From Planctomycetia bacterium (GTDB lineage Bacteria > Planctomycetota > UBA8108 > SXIK01), in assembly GCA_005772855.1 (NCBI GenBank), contig SXIK01000066.1, forward strand, positions 1,532-65,531: a DNA stretch of 64,000 nt, in the 5' to 3' direction. Each line of letters starts with the position of its first letter. Position 1 is the first letter of the stretch. The notes below the pieces were generated by a model. It searched no databases and was not told the DNA's origin. It saw only the letters and a list, made by a program, of their open reading frames with translations. Both the position numbers and the translations under genes were made by a program. Shown here piece by piece: positions 9,834 through 19,467 of this stretch.

Positions 9834-10407
9834 CGGACCTCCCCATTCAGAAGCATTCGGGGAGACATTTTAGTACACCGCCTCACAAATGAGTCACGGA
9901 ATTTTTTTCCCGGAAAAAAACCGCCCGGGACGGGGAGAGTCCGCAGTGGAAAAAAGTCCCCCACCACGGACATCATCCTTGTCTACGAAGCCAGCTGGGA
10001 GTGAGCGGTCGATCGACGGAGGCGGCCGTTCAGTTTGCGCATTTCTAGCCGTACCAGATCTCGCTTCTCGAGGTATCGGGTGTACTCCAGGTGAACCTGA
10101 GCAGTGAGGTCCTCGGCGCTTTGCCGAATGGCGACCTCCAGACTCTTGAGGGTTTCGACTGACGTCGTGTTTGTCTTGGCGTTAATGGCTTTGGCTCCCT
10201 TTGCGAGCCTACCCTATCCACCCCTCATGAAGATCGCGTGAACGGCGTGAGAAATCGGCGGGAAGGTCCAGGTCCACCACGGCCCGGCCTGACGGTGTAC
10301 CACAGATGTATCGGGAATCCGTTGCGGGCCACCAAGGGGCAAAAAAAGCCCTCCCCACGCCCGGGAAGGGCTTCATGTCAATATCTTGTATCGGACTTGC
10401 GACCGGA

Positions 10408-11850
10408 TCAGAAGGAAAGCTGGAGCTGCGTCCTCCAGAGGAGACCCTGCTCGCCCGCTGCGATGCCGGCCGCAGAGGAGTTGAATGAGGAGCTCGTGTC
10501 GCCGTCACCCGTGGTGCCGAGCGTACCGTCGAGGTCCTCGGTCGAGTCGGGGATGCTGCGCGAAATATCAATCCACGCAACGTCCGTCTGCAGCTTGATC
10601 CTGTGGTTCCCAGAAATATACCAGTTAATTCCGGGACCAGCCTCGAAGCCGTTGCCTTTCTGCATGTTGTCACCCCAGACGAATGCGGCCCGACCGGTGA
10701 GCTCAACATCATCAGAAACCATCAATCCACCCTGGACGTACAACCCGTGCGCGAATTGCGAGCTTCCGTCGCCAAGCGGGATAGCCGCGTTCCCACTCTT
10801 GTAGTCGACCCAGCGCATGACGTACTCCGACTGAAGGGAGATAACCTCGTACTTGAACTGGGTATCCACACCAAACTGGTAGATTTTCACACTCGGACCA
10901 TCGACCCCAGATCCAGATGAGTTGTTATTCTGATCCGTGGCGGCAGAGGCACCCACGACGAAGAGGCTCTTGTTTCCGGGGTTGCCCTCCTCGTACTTGC
11001 CCTTCTCCACCTTGTCGCCCCAGAACTGAAAGTCGAGTTTTCCAACCAAAGCCGGAATATTGTCCACCGCAGAGGGAGGCACATTGCCGCTGTCGAAGCC
11101 GTTGGTGATGGCGAAAGCATAAAAGACCGTGGGAGCATCCCCCTTCACGTCGCCCAGGTCGCCTCGGATCCAGGCACCGAGATTACGATCAATGCTGAAA
11201 AATTCCGTCGTCAAGTTGCGCTCCACCATTTGGAGTCTGCCGGAACTCACCGCTTCCTGACGCATGAAGTAGGGCTTGAATTGCCCCACGCCGATTCCAA
11301 GCGCCCCCTCGTTGCCAGCCCCGGCGAGCAAACCCCCTGCCCAGTACTCAACATAGGCATCCAGAGTCTTCCAGGCACCGGCGCCATCGGTATCGCCGTC
11401 CGCCTGAAACTTGTAGGTCAGATCCCTCGTGAACACGTTGCCCTCGGCGACCAAGCGAGCTCTCTCAATCTCGAGGGCGCTGTCGTCAGACTTGCCCGCC
11501 TCGTCCGTATCGACAGAGTCCCCCCGCACTTCCCTGGCGAAGTAGGAGTACCGAAACTGAAGCTGGACACCCAGCCGCAGCAGGTTGTCTCCTGTCCTGT
11601 CCTTGAGGTAGAAGCCATCTTTCTTGTCATAGCCAGCCAGGACCACGGATTCCTGACTCTCCTCGGCACCTCCATTGCCGCTGTGGCGCTCGAGATCCGG
11701 CAATCGGGCGAGGCTCCCCAGGGCCCTACCATCTGACCTGACCTCACTCACGTTCGAGTCATCCGCCTGGAGGACCCCGGACGTAACCGAACCGGCAACT
11801 AGCAGCGCCAGTCCAACAGAAATCGCAGATCTGGAAGGTTGATGCACCAT
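10408..11850 (-). CDS. Outer-membrane beta-barrel porin, phosphate-selective porin O/P-like
   Basis: ORF 10408..11982, trimmed to MVHQPSRSAISVGLALLVAGSVTSGVLQA (signal peptide) with a GGAGAGAGAAG RBS upstream. Alternating amphipathic beta-strand pattern (LRLGVQLQFRYSYF...), many Gly/Asp/Asn turns and a C-terminal aromatic (...LQLSF) typical of outer-membrane barrels. Confidence 0.65.
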   Translation of the reverse strand: MVHQPSRSAISVGLALLVAGSVTSGVLQADDSNVSEVRSDGRALGSLARLPDLERHSGNGGAEESQESVVLAGYDKKDGFYLKDRTGDNLLRLGVQLQFRYSYFAREVRGDSVDTDEAGKSDDSALEIERARLVAEGNVFTRDLTYKFQADGDTDGAGAWKTLDAYVEYWAGGLLAGAGNEGALGIGVGQFKPYFMRQEAVSSGRLQMVERNLTTEFFSIDRNLGAWIRGDLGDVKGDAPTVFYAFAITNGFDSGNVPPSAVDNIPALVGKLDFQFWGDKVEKGKYEEGNPGNKSLFVVGASAATDQNNNSSGSGVDGPSVKIYQFGVDTQFKYEVISLQSEYVMRWVDYKSGNAAIPLGDGSSQFAHGLYVQGGLMVSDDVELTGRAAFVWGDNMQKGNGFEAGPGINWYISGNHRIKLQTDVAWIDISRSIPDSTEDLDGTLGTTGDGDTSSSFNSSAAGIAAGEQGLLWRTQLQLSF

Positions 11851-12037
11851 CTTCTCTCTCCTAAAAAAAGTACCAGTTCCACCGCGATGCCGCGCGGCCC
11901 AAGTGATCCACCCTGAACGGCGACATCCAAGAATTGGGCGGCATGGTAATCGTTTTGAGAGCCCGTGGGAACATCCTGCCACGAGAATCTGGGAAGACCT
12001 CGCAGGAAGCCAGATCGCGGATTCCAGGATCCGGACG

Positions 12038-13654
12038 TTATCGGAACCTCAGCAGCCCTGGAGACGGATCCTCGCCGCCACGGAGCGAATGAGCTTCACA
12101 CGCAGCGTAAATCGGCTTGAGCCGGGCGTAGACCTTTACAGCCTCGGGCCGGGGCTTGATCCGGCTCTCCCTGAGAGGCTCGGCAAAACCGGCGACGACC
12201 TTCTCCCACGGCAGGCTATTCCCATCGGTGAGGCCATCGGCGTGGTAAGCCCTGAGGGCAGCGCCCAGAGCGGCCGAGTTGGATATCTGGAACTGGTAGA
12301 CCTCTGCATCCAGGACATCCGCCATGACCTGGAGAATGTCGCGGTTGACAGCGGAGCCTCCGGTCGCGTGCACGGTGCTGATACTCACTCCCATCCACTG
12401 CGAATGATTGGAAATCGCCATCATCTGCGCCTCGACGACCGCCCGCACATTTCCGGCGCCGTCCCTGGGGTCAAGGTGATATCTCCGCACGCCCGGCTGG
12501 TGAACGCGAGGCGTGATCTCTGGCTTGAACCAGGGAAGCATCACCCCTCCCCGATTGCCCGGGGGAGTGCTTCGAAGAGCCATCGAGAAGCCCTGCCAGT
12601 CGAGGCCGTGCTCCTTCCGCACCTCGTCCCGGGCAAGCCCACCGTTCTCGAAGCAAATAAGGCTCATGTAGTCACCCGTGGGCGATCCGAAGACGTGCCC
12701 GCTGCCAGTCGGGTCGACGATCGGCCTGGGCAGGAAGCCAAAAAATGTTGTCGAAGTTCCCAGCGAAATGGCAACCTTGCCCTGCTTCACCAGACCGACC
12801 CCGATCAAGCTGCAAGGGTTGTCACCCGACCAACTGATCACCTTCGTCCTGGGACTGAACCCGTATCGCCTCACCCAGTAGGACGAGAGGTTTCCGACCA
12901 TGGACCAGGACTCCTTGAGATCGGAAAGCTTTGTCTCAAGGCCCTCTGCCGTCGCCCGGAGAGCCGCGGGAGCCCACAGCTTCGAGACAATGCCCATCAA
13001 GTTCATGCCGGCACCATCCCCCGGATCGATCGGTGCGTGCTTGCCCGCAAGGAGCGAGGCCATGAAGGAGCTGACGAGGTGAATCTTGTCGGTGCGGGCA
13101 TAGCCCCGGGCATCCTCTTTCGAAAACTTCCGGATCTGGGGTCCTGTGAAACGTTCGAAGGCCCGAGAGCCCGTCAAGGCCGCCAGGACCTTGTCGCCTC
13201 CAATGGCCTCGGTGATCTCCCTGCATTCCTCCGCCGTGCTCGAATCCATCCAGATCGGCGAGGTCCTCCTGGAAAGTAGAGTCTCTATCTGGTCGGCAAG
13301 AGGCCTCGCTGGATCGAGCGCCTCGAGGGCCGCGGTCGCGCGGTTGTTCAAGTAGACGCTTCCGTGCTGCTGACCGGAGCCGGAGATGGCGCACACTTGC
13401 TCCAGCGGGATCCCGCTTTCCTTCGCCAGGATGCCCATCAGCACATCGAGCGCTTCGACCCACAAGAGCGGCGGGGAATGTGCCACGAGCGGGTTGTCGG
13501 CGGGAAGGACACCGTTCCTCGTGCCGTACGCGGGGAAATGCACATCGAACTCGAGGGAATGCTCGAAGATCCGCCGACGTCGGGAGCCATCAATCTCGAT
13601 GGCAAGCACGGTCAAGCTCTGTGTACTCGAATCGAAACCCAGATAGATTGACAT
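12038..13654 (-). CDS. FGGY-family carbohydrate kinase, xylulokinase-like
   Basis: ORF 12038..13972, trimmed to MSIYLGFDSSTQSLTVLAIE..., the canonical FGGY N-terminus. FGGY_N and FGGY_C blocks (GSGQQHGSVYL, GTSTTFFGF, GGSAVNRDILQVMADVL). The roughly 100 codons upstream of that ATG are low-complexity and begin at a GTG, so they are unlikely to be coding. Confidence 0.8.
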   Translation of the reverse strand: MSIYLGFDSSTQSLTVLAIEIDGSRRRRIFEHSLEFDVHFPAYGTRNGVLPADNPLVAHSPPLLWVEALDVLMGILAKESGIPLEQVCAISGSGQQHGSVYLNNRATAALEALDPARPLADQIETLLSRRTSPIWMDSSTAEECREITEAIGGDKVLAALTGSRAFERFTGPQIRKFSKEDARGYARTDKIHLVSSFMASLLAGKHAPIDPGDGAGMNLMGIVSKLWAPAALRATAEGLETKLSDLKESWSMVGNLSSYWVRRYGFSPRTKVISWSGDNPCSLIGVGLVKQGKVAISLGTSTTFFGFLPRPIVDPTGSGHVFGSPTGDYMSLICFENGGLARDEVRKEHGLDWQGFSMALRSTPPGNRGGVMLPWFKPEITPRVHQPGVRRYHLDPRDGAGNVRAVVEAQMMAISNHSQWMGVSISTVHATGGSAVNRDILQVMADVLDAEVYQFQISNSAALGAALRAYHADGLTDGNSLPWEKVVAGFAEPLRESRIKPRPEAVKVYARLKPIYAACEAHSLRGGEDPSPGLLRFR

Positions 13655-13682
13655 ACAGGTGCGACTCAGCTTACCGAACCTG

Positions 13683-16600
13683 CTACTTCGTCTCCAGCGG
13701 AAGTTCAATGATGACGAGACTGCGCGCGAAGGAGCGAAAGATCTTCCCGTCTCGCTCGATGAATTCCGCTGGCAGAGTTGGTGGCTTCGTGGCACGCACA
13801 GCCAGTTCGGGCAGCTCCCGTTCAAACGCGAGATCCCTCGAGTGCACACTGATCCCGACGTCCAGCTGGTCGAGCGCGAGATAAACGGCCGGTCTCGAGG
13901 GGAGGTCGAGCCCTGGCTCGTCGAATACTCCCGAGGCCGAGTCGAAAGCGAGTGGAAGTGTGAAGGTCCCACCCTCGAGTTTCCCCTGCTCGAGGGCCGC
14001 CGAGCGCGTCATATTCTCCCCGGGAAGCCTCAGAATTGCGTCACCCGAGAGCTTCCGTTGCGCCGGGGAAAAGCCCTGCACGGTAATCGATAGCCGCCTC
14101 GCGAGGCTCGAGTAAGTTGCGCTCCCCGTGAGCGGCTGCTTGAGCACTGCTTCTCCGAGCAGGTGAATTTGACGCCGGCCCCAGGGTTGGGCGTGGATAT
14201 CAAGCCGCGCCACGCCGCCATCCACGGAGGAAATCGCAAGCGGCACCAGCTCCGCCGAAGCAAGACCGGGCGACCATCGGTTCCGGGAGCTCTCCATTTC
14301 GACCGAGAACGCGCTCAGGCCTCGCCCCTGGCAGTAAAGGGCATGCTCCTGCCGACCGGAGGACCGCAGATCGATGCGCGCAAAGGCGACGCCGTGTCGT
14401 GCCCCCGATCCAAAGAAGGCCACGCGGGTCAGGGTGGCGAAGCTCGGCCTCAGGTGAAGCGAGGCGTGAAGCACGGGGAGCAGCGCGACAAACCCTGACG
14501 GCAGCACGAGGATCCATAGCGGAATCCACTTGCGGCGCAGCCTCCTGCGAAGCGCGAAGAAGCCCAGGGGCCCGACCAAGAACACGTAGGCGACAAAGAA
14601 ACCCAGCACGGCAAAGAGGGAGGTCGAGTCGCGCAGCTCGAGCAGCTCGGGCGTGCTCCGCGATAGCCCCGAGAGATACTCGGATCGGGGCATGCCCTCG
14701 CTCCAGATGGAGTTCCAGAGCTCTTGATTCAGGGACAGGACCGTGGGGTCAAGGCTCAGGTGCGCAACCCGGCCGAAGGCCACCGGGCGGACAGAGAGGA
14801 TCGGCAACTTCGACGGCTCGGCCCGCGTGTCGATTTCTCCCCACTGGGTCGAATCCTCAAGCTCCTCAAGGCAAACGAGCGTGCCTGCAACGTCCACACG
14901 GGCGGATCTGCGTACGGCGAGAAGCGTCGACCAGCCTTCGATGGACTGCGCCGTCCCTGGGTCCATCGAGCCGAAAAAGACGACGGCACCTCCCCATCGC
15001 ACGAAATCGAGTAGCGCCTGACGCTGAGCGCGGGTCCACCGCGACAGGTCAGCCCACTGGACGAGCACCGTGTCCACCTGCTTGTAGGCGCGTGGATCCT
15101 CCGGAAGCCAGAAGGCTGGCGTTACCATCCAATTCTCTCCCTGGGTTCGAGCACGGGCGATCCTCTCCTTGTCCTCGCTCACCAACAGATAGTTGCGTGT
15201 CTCCTGCCGAGAGTTGCGCGACAGGAGCCCTGGCACAGGGATCGCGAGTTCGATCACGCCCTCGGGGGCGACCAGAGCGATCGTTCCACCTCCAGAGCGG
15301 ATCTGGCGGCCCCATTCGAAGCCCTCCGACCATCGCAGGGCTGTCCTGGTTCCGGCAGGCGCGACAAAGGGCCTGGGAGGCGGCGCCTCTCCACCACGAA
15401 GCTCGAGCCTCAACGTACCACGGATCTCCCTGCCGCTTGAATTCTCAAGGACCAGTGTGAAGAAGCTCGGGGATTCGACGCCATTCGTCTCGAAGAGTCG
15501 GCCGTTGAATCCGTACGTCAGATCCAACTTGAGTGGCAGCTCCGGCTGCTGCGCCCGGGCCGTGTTCGTGCAAGGGCCAAGGAGTGCGATGAACAGGAGC
15601 ACCACCACCGCCGGGCCCGCGGCCGGCCCGGACGGAGGGCTCTCCGGGCGCTTCGGCAAGTTACGGCGAGTCCAGATTGTCCAATCCGCAAGGATGATGG
15701 CGCCGAGCGCGAGCAGGAAAATAGCGGCAATCCCTCCGTGCCACGTCAGATACCGGCCAAAGGCCTCGTCGGGGTCCAATCGAGGGGCCATGGAGTCTTG
15801 CACCAGAAGGGTCAGGATCGGCGTCACGAAGATGAATGGGTACAGGCCGCGGGGAAGCCAGCCCTCGCCAAGCCCCATGAGAAGTAACGGCGGCCCGATC
15901 AGGACCGCGCCCGCGGAGAGGAGTATCACAAACCGCAAGGCCGCCTGCGTCTCGACGAAACGGGCGACGACCCTCCCGAGAAGGTACGTGTTGACGACGA
16001 AGATGGTGATGGCCCCAAGAAGCTCGTGCCAGGCGCGCTCGAACCGTTCGAGCGCGGCCGGTTGAGGCGCCGCCATCGAGGGTCCGACGCTCTTCAGGGC
16101 GCACTGGAGAACCCCCCAGTGCTGGGCAAGGAAAACCACAATGAGAAATAGCAACGTGTTTGCCTGGAACACCCCTCGTGAAACCTTGAAACGTCCGATC
16201 CGTTCTGTCCAGGTCAGTTTTTCACGAGCGTCACCGAGTGCGAGTAACCCCAGGAAAAGCACCAGGCTGGTACCCAGAATGGAGAGCACAATATGGGGAT
16301 TCGCATCCAGCCTGAGGCCCCCTGCCTGAATCCTGGGCGCGCCGTCAAAACAAAGACCCAGGATAGCGGCCCAGAGAAAGATGATCCATCCGATGAGCAA
16401 GACCCGGCGCAGTGGGTAGTCAAACCCGTCGAGCCAGCGGGGCCGATTCTCGTAAAAGAATGCGATTTCAACGCGCCTCGTCTGGGTGAATCGCGCCTTA
16501 CGAAAGAAGCGTCGCTTGCCGTCGCCGGCAAGCACGATGTTGCCGAAGTTGTTGAGCCCGGGAAGGAACCGGTGCGCCGGCCCCAGGAGTACGAGCCCGA

Positions 16601-17363
16601 CGAAGGGCGCCGAAACGATTCCCCATAACAGGTAGGGATAGATTTCCGTTGGTATGCGGTAGAGGTAGAGGACTGCGTCGCTGTCCCACAATCTGGAGAA
16701 GAGCGTGTTCTGGTAGAGCTCGCTGACGAAACACCGCACCGGCGTGATCCAGCCGATGACATTGGGAACGGGCGCGAACCCCAGGAGCATTCCGAGGCCA
16801 AAGGTGAAAATCGTCGCCGGGACTCCAATCCATTCGCGCTCGAGCAGGAACATCCCCAGGGAGACGGCTATGATGACGTTCGAGTAGACCGCCAGCACTG
16901 CATAGCCCCCCCAGAGGCTCCAGAACGGCACTCCTCCCAGCATGTAGGAATAGAGCTGAAATGGCAGGCTCACGAGCAGGAGCCCCAGCGCAAAGACCCA
17001 GGCAAGCAGCCAATTTCCGAGCTGGATTCGCAGCGGTGAAACGCCGGTGACGACCACCTGATCAAACACCTTGTCCATTCGAGGCCCGTCGATCGCGCCT
17101 GCCAGCCGGATCGGCAAGAGCACAACCAGCAGGCCAAGGAGCACCAGGAAATTGACCGAGGAGAGGTGAGCTCCGGCGTACCCCTCCGAGACCGAGGCGT
17201 CGTCGGACAAAAGAACAGCCGAAAACGTGATCACGTCCGCGAGAAGGAGAGCGCCCGTGGCGAACACAAAGATCAGCCCCAGTCGGGGCCCGGTGAGCTG
17301 AGTGGAGATCTGACGACCGATGAGCGGGTTCTCCAGAAAGAAACGCTTGAGCTGCGAGATCAT
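13683..17363 (-). CDS. 1226-aa fusion protein: N-terminal multi-span ABC-2-type permease domain plus C-terminal GldG-like ABC-auxiliary extracytoplasmic domain
   Basis: Start overlaps the ABC ATPase stop (ATGA). At least 10 hydrophobic helices in the first roughly 600 aa. The C-terminal about 600 aa are soluble-looking and similar in character to GldG/ABC_transp_aux proteins (VLVQWADLSRWTRAQRQALLDFVRWGGAVVFFGSMDPG). Confidence 0.7.
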   Translation of the reverse strand: MISQLKRFFLENPLIGRQISTQLTGPRLGLIFVFATGALLLADVITFSAVLLSDDASVSEGYAGAHLSSVNFLVLLGLLVVLLPIRLAGAIDGPRMDKVFDQVVVTGVSPLRIQLGNWLLAWVFALGLLLVSLPFQLYSYMLGGVPFWSLWGGYAVLAVYSNVIIAVSLGMFLLEREWIGVPATIFTFGLGMLLGFAPVPNVIGWITPVRCFVSELYQNTLFSRLWDSDAVLYLYRIPTEIYPYLLWGIVSAPFVGLVLLGPAHRFLPGLNNFGNIVLAGDGKRRFFRKARFTQTRRVEIAFFYENRPRWLDGFDYPLRRVLLIGWIIFLWAAILGLCFDGAPRIQAGGLRLDANPHIVLSILGTSLVLFLGLLALGDAREKLTWTERIGRFKVSRGVFQANTLLFLIVVFLAQHWGVLQCALKSVGPSMAAPQPAALERFERAWHELLGAITIFVVNTYLLGRVVARFVETQAALRFVILLSAGAVLIGPPLLLMGLGEGWLPRGLYPFIFVTPILTLLVQDSMAPRLDPDEAFGRYLTWHGGIAAIFLLALGAIILADWTIWTRRNLPKRPESPPSGPAAGPAVVVLLFIALLGPCTNTARAQQPELPLKLDLTYGFNGRLFETNGVESPSFFTLVLENSSGREIRGTLRLELRGGEAPPPRPFVAPAGTRTALRWSEGFEWGRQIRSGGGTIALVAPEGVIELAIPVPGLLSRNSRQETRNYLLVSEDKERIARARTQGENWMVTPAFWLPEDPRAYKQVDTVLVQWADLSRWTRAQRQALLDFVRWGGAVVFFGSMDPGTAQSIEGWSTLLAVRRSARVDVAGTLVCLEELEDSTQWGEIDTRAEPSKLPILSVRPVAFGRVAHLSLDPTVLSLNQELWNSIWSEGMPRSEYLSGLSRSTPELLELRDSTSLFAVLGFFVAYVFLVGPLGFFALRRRLRRKWIPLWILVLPSGFVALLPVLHASLHLRPSFATLTRVAFFGSGARHGVAFARIDLRSSGRQEHALYCQGRGLSAFSVEMESSRNRWSPGLASAELVPLAISSVDGGVARLDIHAQPWGRRQIHLLGEAVLKQPLTGSATYSSLARRLSITVQGFSPAQRKLSGDAILRLPGENMTRSAALEQGKLEGGTFTLPLAFDSASGVFDEPGLDLPSRPAVYLALDQLDVGISVHSRDLAFERELPELAVRATKPPTLPAEFIERDGKIFRSFARSLVIIELPLETK

Positions 17364-18307
17364 GAGACGATCCCCTTCGTGCGTTCGAGGAAAATAGCCT
17401 CGAGGTCCACTTTCTCTTGCGAGAAGCTCACGACCTCAATATCCGCCGAGATCAGGGCCCTGAGCACCTGGCTCGAATGCCGTCCGGCCATCCGCCCCTC
17501 GATCCGGGGGCCGCCAGACGTGGTCAGCGTGGCCACCTCCACTCCCTCCACAGCCTTGACGGCCTCGAGCGTCCTTTGCGCATCCTCCTCCGCAACCTCC
17601 ACGAAGAACCCGAAACGCTGTGCCCTGAGCTCCTTTTTCACGACGCTCAGGGAACCGCTCCACACTACCCTGCCCAGCTCGACTATGGCAGCGTGGGTGC
17701 ATATCTCCTCCAGATCAGCAAGGATGTGGCTCGAGATGATGACCGTCTTGCCCATGCTGCCGAGCTCCTTGAGAAGCGAGCGGATCTCGATACGGGCCCG
17801 GGGATCAAGCCCGCTTGCAGGCTCGTCAAGAACCAGCACCTGCGGATCGTGAAGCAAGGTCTTCGCCAGGGCGAGGCGCTGGCACATGCCAGTCGAGAGA
17901 GTGTTCGCGGTCTCGTGGCGCACGCCGATCAAGTCCGTGAGCTCGAGCACTGCATTGACCCGACTCGTCAGCTCCCGACCTCCAAGGTCGTGGGCGCGGC
18001 CAAAATACTCAAGGTATTCCTCGCAGCTCAACGTACGAAATTGGCCAAATTGATCGGCCATGTAGCCCAGGATCCGCCGCGCGGCCCGCACCTCCCGGGA
18101 AAGGTCCTCACCGCCGATGGCAATCTTGCCGGTGTCCGGCTTGATGAGCGTACTGATCATCTTCAGGGTGGTTGTCTTGCCAGCGCCGTTGGGCCCAATG
18201 AGCCCAAAAATGCTGCCACGAGGGACCTCGAGATCCATGTCATCAACTACTATTTTGCCGTCGTAAGACTTTCGAACCTTTGCGAGTTGAATCATGGCCG
18301 AGTACAT
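17360..18307 (-). CDS. ABC transporter ATP-binding protein (ABC-2 / GldA-like subfamily)
   Basis: Walker A GPNGAGKTT, Q-loop, signature LSTGMCQRLALA, Walker B VLVLDEPASGLD and H-loop SSHIL. Confidence 0.9.
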   Translation of the reverse strand: MYSAMIQLAKVRKSYDGKIVVDDMDLEVPRGSIFGLIGPNGAGKTTTLKMISTLIKPDTGKIAIGGEDLSREVRAARRILGYMADQFGQFRTLSCEEYLEYFGRAHDLGGRELTSRVNAVLELTDLIGVRHETANTLSTGMCQRLALAKTLLHDPQVLVLDEPASGLDPRARIEIRSLLKELGSMGKTVIISSHILADLEEICTHAAIVELGRVVWSGSLSVVKKELRAQRFGFFVEVAEEDAQRTLEAVKAVEGVEVATLTTSGGPRIEGRMAGRHSSQVLRALISADIEVVSFSQEKVDLEAIFLERTKGIVS

Positions 18308-18433
18308 TCTTCTGCTTCCACCGGAGTCGCAAGTCTGAAATAATCACAAAGGTTTCGAGCATCGCAGCAAGGTTCTCTGCCCGCGCCCGGCCTCGGCGCC
18401 CGGCCGGAGCGCCTCCCCACGAACTGAGAAGGC

Positions 18434-19465
18434 ATGGAAAAAGTCAACGTCGGCGACATCGAGCTGGTCCTCACTCAACCTGTGCAACAGGACCTCAATT
18501 GGATCGGGCAGGAGGATCTCGTCGAGCAAATTCTCGCCTCGTGGCTAGTGGCCGGTGAAAAAGACCTGCCGCTTTGCCCCAGGCTCATTGGCAAGCCAGG
18601 CGTGGGCAAGACAACCCTGGCATGCTTCGCCGCCCGCTCGGCCGGCCTCGAGACCTATATTCACCAGTGCACGGTGGACACCCGCCCCGAGGATCTGCTC
18701 GTGACCCCGGTCCTCTCGAGGAGCGGTAAGATCTCTTATCACGCGAGCCCCCTCGTCTCGGCAATGATCCGGGGCGGGGCCGTCATCCTGGACGAAGCGA
18801 ATCGCATGAGCGAAAAGTCCTGGGCCTCGCTCGCTCCCCTTCTCGACCACCGCCGGTACGTCGAGAGCATTGTCGCAGGCATCCGCATACCAGCGCACCC
18901 CGCTTTCCGTGCCTGCATCACCATGAACGAGGACGCCTCCACCTACGAGATTCCCGACTACATGCTCTCACGCATCCAGCCGTCTGTCAGCGTGGAGTTT
19001 CCGGAAAAGGAGGAGGAACTCCGCATCTTAAAGTACCACCTACCGTTCGCGGAGGAGGCAATCCTCGAGATGACGGTGAGCTTCCTCGAGGAGGCGCACA
19101 AGTATGGCCTGGGCCACTCCACAAGGGACGGAATCAACATCGCCCGGTATTCATTCAAGATGGCAGAGCGAGAACGCCGGCGCGGCGTTCCCGAGCACGA
19201 GATGACAAGCCTCAAGGACCGCTTCACCCGGGCCGTCCAGAAAATCCTTGGCGAGGATGCGCTCGCCTTCAAGAGTCAGTCCGTCGAGGAGCCTCCGCAA
19301 CAGCTCATGGACTTGCGGGATTTCTTTACTGCGCTCGACGACATGAATGTCAACGAGTCGAAGCCACCGAAGAAGCCCGAGAAACCCAAGCGAAAAGGAC
19401 GGGGACGGAAGCCCCGGCCGAAGCCGGAGGACGGCGCCGGCGACTCCGGGGACGAGCCCTTCTGA
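18434..19465 (+). CDS. MoxR-like AAA+ ATPase (AAA_5/CbbQ-NorQ-GvpN-like) with a Lys/Arg/Pro-rich C-terminal tail
   Basis: Walker A LIGKPGVGKTTLA; Walker B AVILDEANRM; sensor-1 ITMNEDAS. Tail KPPKKPEKPKRKGRGRKPRPKPEDGAGDSGDEPF. It is divergent from the ABC operon and stops 2 nt before the next gene. Confidence 0.85.
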   Translation: MEKVNVGDIELVLTQPVQQDLNWIGQEDLVEQILASWLVAGEKDLPLCPRLIGKPGVGKTTLACFAARSAGLETYIHQCTVDTRPEDLLVTPVLSRSGKISYHASPLVSAMIRGGAVILDEANRMSEKSWASLAPLLDHRRYVESIVAGIRIPAHPAFRACITMNEDASTYEIPDYMLSRIQPSVSVEFPEKEEELRILKYHLPFAEEAILEMTVSFLEEAHKYGLGHSTRDGINIARYSFKMAERERRRGVPEHEMTSLKDRFTRAVQKILGEDALAFKSQSVEEPPQQLMDLRDFFTALDDMNVNESKPPKKPEKPKRKGRGRKPRPKPEDGAGDSGDEPF

Positions 19466-19467
19466 TC

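Noticed and set aside
10021-10210. Possible small minus-strand ORF with a coiled-coil-like peptide (about 75 codons) between the molybdenum hydroxylase operon and the porin
   Set aside because: The only in-frame ATG lies about 20 codons before the stop. There is no convincing alternative start upstream of it and no RBS, and the ORF is below the track threshold. Evidence is insufficient to call a gene.
12038-13972. Apparent in-frame stop and frameshifts when I indexed raw nucleotides by eye near 13650-13680 and 41455-41465
   Set aside because: The supplied ORF track reads through these positions, and translations of neighbouring frames match a one-base shift in my line parsing, not in the data. 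I attribute this to my own counting error, not to a pseudogene.
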